A stretch of 64,000 nucleotides of DNA from assembly GCA_963717465.1 (NCBI GenBank), contig OY970340.1, positions 2,944,001 through 3,008,000 of the forward strand, in the 5' to 3' direction. The number at the start of each line of letters is the position of its first letter. Position 1 is the stretch's first letter. Below, piece by piece: positions 62,418 through 64,000 of this stretch. The DNA is from Candidatus Bathyarchaeota archaeon (GTDB taxonomy: Archaea; Thermoproteota; Bathyarchaeia; Bathyarchaeales; Bathycorpusculaceae). The translations under genes and the position numbers were made by a program. The notes beneath the pieces are model-generated. The model worked only from the letters and a program-made list of their open reading frames with translations, searched no databases and had not been told where the DNA came from.

Positions 62418-63094
62418 TTGGGAACCAACCGAGCTTGTTTAACTATAAAAACTCCAGAATTTCCCCTTGATTCAACCGTGTAATCTATGACCTGTATTTT
62501 TTGTTTAAACAAAGGTGCATCCAAAACTGTTGTCTCAATCTCTCCACCTTCCCCTGATGGACTGATGTCAAAATCTTCTTGCAGCTTAACCAGTCTTGCT
62601 ATCACTTGAGTATCTATTTCTTTTCCAAGCCACTTTTCATCAAGCGGGTAAGCGAATATGCCAGAAATCATAACTTTGAATTGCTTCGCCACAAGAGTTT
62701 CCAGTAACGCTTTTTGGTCGTGTTTCCATAAAGGGTTAAAACACCACACATTCAATCGGTTGCAGACGCGTTGAATGCGTTGTGCTTGATAAACAGATTC
62801 TACGGCGCCAGTAACAATTCCTTCGATTTTAAAATCCATAATTGCCTGGTCAATCGCTTTCTCTAAATCTGTCAGTTCTTCCTCCTTTACGCCTTCAGTG
62901 ACCACTGAGACTAAGGGAAGACGCAAGGCTTCTGCTTGAAGCGATGTTAAATTGATGTTTGGGGTGTGAAACATGAAGCTTTCTTTATTTCTTGAAATTA
63001 CAGTAATCAGGCATTCAACTTCCTCTTTTGCCGCAGCTAAGTGTAGCGCAAGTGTTGAGTCTTTGCCTCCTGAGAAAAGAACACCCAATTTCAT
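62414..63094 (-). CDS. dph6: Diphthine--ammonia ligase (Dph6, PP-loop ATPase)
   Basis: LFSGGKDS, SFMFH, GAVESVYQ..RI, FNPLW, GEGGEIETTVLDAPLF. Confidence 0.92.
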   Translation of the reverse strand: MKLGVLFSGGKDSTLALHLAAAKEEVECLITVISRNKESFMFHTPNINLTSLQAEALRLPLVSVVTEGVKEEELTDLEKAIDQAIMDFKIEGIVTGAVESVYQAQRIQRVCNRLNVWCFNPLWKHDQKALLETLVAKQFKVMISGIFAYPLDEKWLGKEIDTQVIARLVKLQEDFDISPSGEGGEIETTVLDAPLFKQKIQVIDYTVESRGNSGVFIVKQARLVPK

Positions 63095-63174
63095 ACGTTA
63101 AAATTAAAAAGAAGTTGTTTATATGTTACATGTTAAAAAAGCAGGCAACAATGCAATTTTATCTATGCATATAC

Positions 63175-64000
63175 TCAGACTTTGACGCTGCAGACATTTT
63201 TTATTTCTTTGAGTTTTTTGATCGTTTCAAGATTGACTTTTTGATGCAGCACGTAAACGGATATTGCAAAGTCGCCATTTCCAATCTGCCTTGAATAGTT
63301 TGATCTTATGTTTATGTCGCTGTCAGCTAAAACCTTGTCAATGTTAGCGAAGACGCCTGGAACATCCCGATGATGAATGAACAATGTGTAAACAGGTTTT
63401 TCTTCCAACTCTATGCTTTCTCCAGCATTCACCGCGTTAGTAAAGTCTCCGCCTAAAAGATAGGCAGAAATAACACGAGCCATTTCAGTAGCAGTTTCTC
63501 TTTGAGCCTCAATCGTTGAAGCACCAAGGTGACTGCTGAAAACTACCTTGTCAAGCTCCAAGAGTTTATTTTTGAATTCAGCACCCTCAGCTTTAGGCTC
63601 TTCAGAAAAAACGTCAAGGGCGGCTCCAGCAATTTTTCCTTCTTTCAGAGCATCATATAACGCTTGTTCATCTACGTTGCTGCCTCTTGAAGTATTAATC
63701 AAGTACGCAGTCGGCTTCATCAACGCTAATTCTTTTGCGCCAATTACAACGTCTTTTCCGCCTGTGTGAATAGTTATGAAATCAGCCTTTGCAAGAAGTT
63801 CTTCTTTTGCAACCATTTTTATGTTGGTTTCAACGGGTGGCTTTATATCGTAACCAAGAACTTCCATGTCAAAACCGCGTTTTGCGATTTCAGCCACTTT
63901 TTGACCAATTCTTCCACAGCCTAAAATACCAATTGTCTTTAAGGAAAGCTCAGTTCCCTTTAATTTGTCTTTTTTCCATACTTTGTTTTTTAGCGATTGA
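63175..64000 (-). CDS. serA: D-3-phosphoglycerate dehydrogenase-like protein with C-terminal ACT domain (5' end outside the window)
   Basis: Frame open to the edge: WKKDKLKGTEL..KTIGILGCGRIG; INTSRG, AALDVF.EEP, HLGASTIEAQ, HRDVPGV ACT domain. Confidence 0.85.
   Translation of the reverse strand, partial: QSLKNKVWKKDKLKGTELSLKTIGILGCGRIGQKVAEIAKRGFDMEVLGYDIKPPVETNIKMVAKEELLAKADFITIHTGGKDVVIGAKELALMKPTAYLINTSRGSNVDEQALYDALKEGKIAGAALDVFSEEPKAEGAEFKNKLLELDKVVFSSHLGASTIEAQRETATEMARVISAYLLGGDFTNAVNAGESIELEEKPVYTLFIHHRDVPGVFANIDKVLADSDINIRSNYSRQIGNGDFAISVYVLHQKVNLETIKKLKEIKNVCSVKV

Noticed and set aside
1..64000. CRISPR array, tRNA, rRNA, integrase or provirus
   Set aside because: No regularly spaced repeats, tRNA-like T-arm motifs in spacers, rRNA-like tracts or viral hallmark genes were seen by eye; tRNAscan-SE and Infernal would be needed to exclude small RNAs.

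Overview
Archaeal chromosomal segment, most likely Bathyarchaeia (inferred from TBP, a Cren7-like protein, aSelBL, LysW, Dph6, Trm11 and Lhr plus TATA-type promoters; not verified). It mixes housekeeping genes (ahcY, ppdK, pyrE, tbp, rnz, prs, cysS, pyrG, asnS, serA) with accessory stretches at about 0.9-13.6 kb and 37.5-52 kb. At least eight genes, including asnS, carry single-base frameshifts that look like long-read assembly errors. An aquaporin gene has a real-looking internal deletion, and there is an IS1182-family remnant. Four small genes missing from the ORF track were read by hand: a Zn-ribbon Cren7-like protein, a stand-alone C2H2 zinc finger, a YHS protein and a 36-aa ORF. The best candidates for undescribed biology are: (1) Dph6 translationally coupled to a stand-alone class I glutamine amidotransferase, a possible glutamine-dependent diphthamide synthetase; (2) a membrane-anchored PLD/HKD-plus-HTH gene apparently inserted between two kinase genes; (3) a bacterial-type methylglyoxal synthase beside ppdK and near larA; (4) a Cren7-like/TBP/Lhr/lysine-methyltransferase neighbourhood. 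No tRNA, rRNA or CRISPR array was seen. All family calls come from motif recognition by eye, without database searches.
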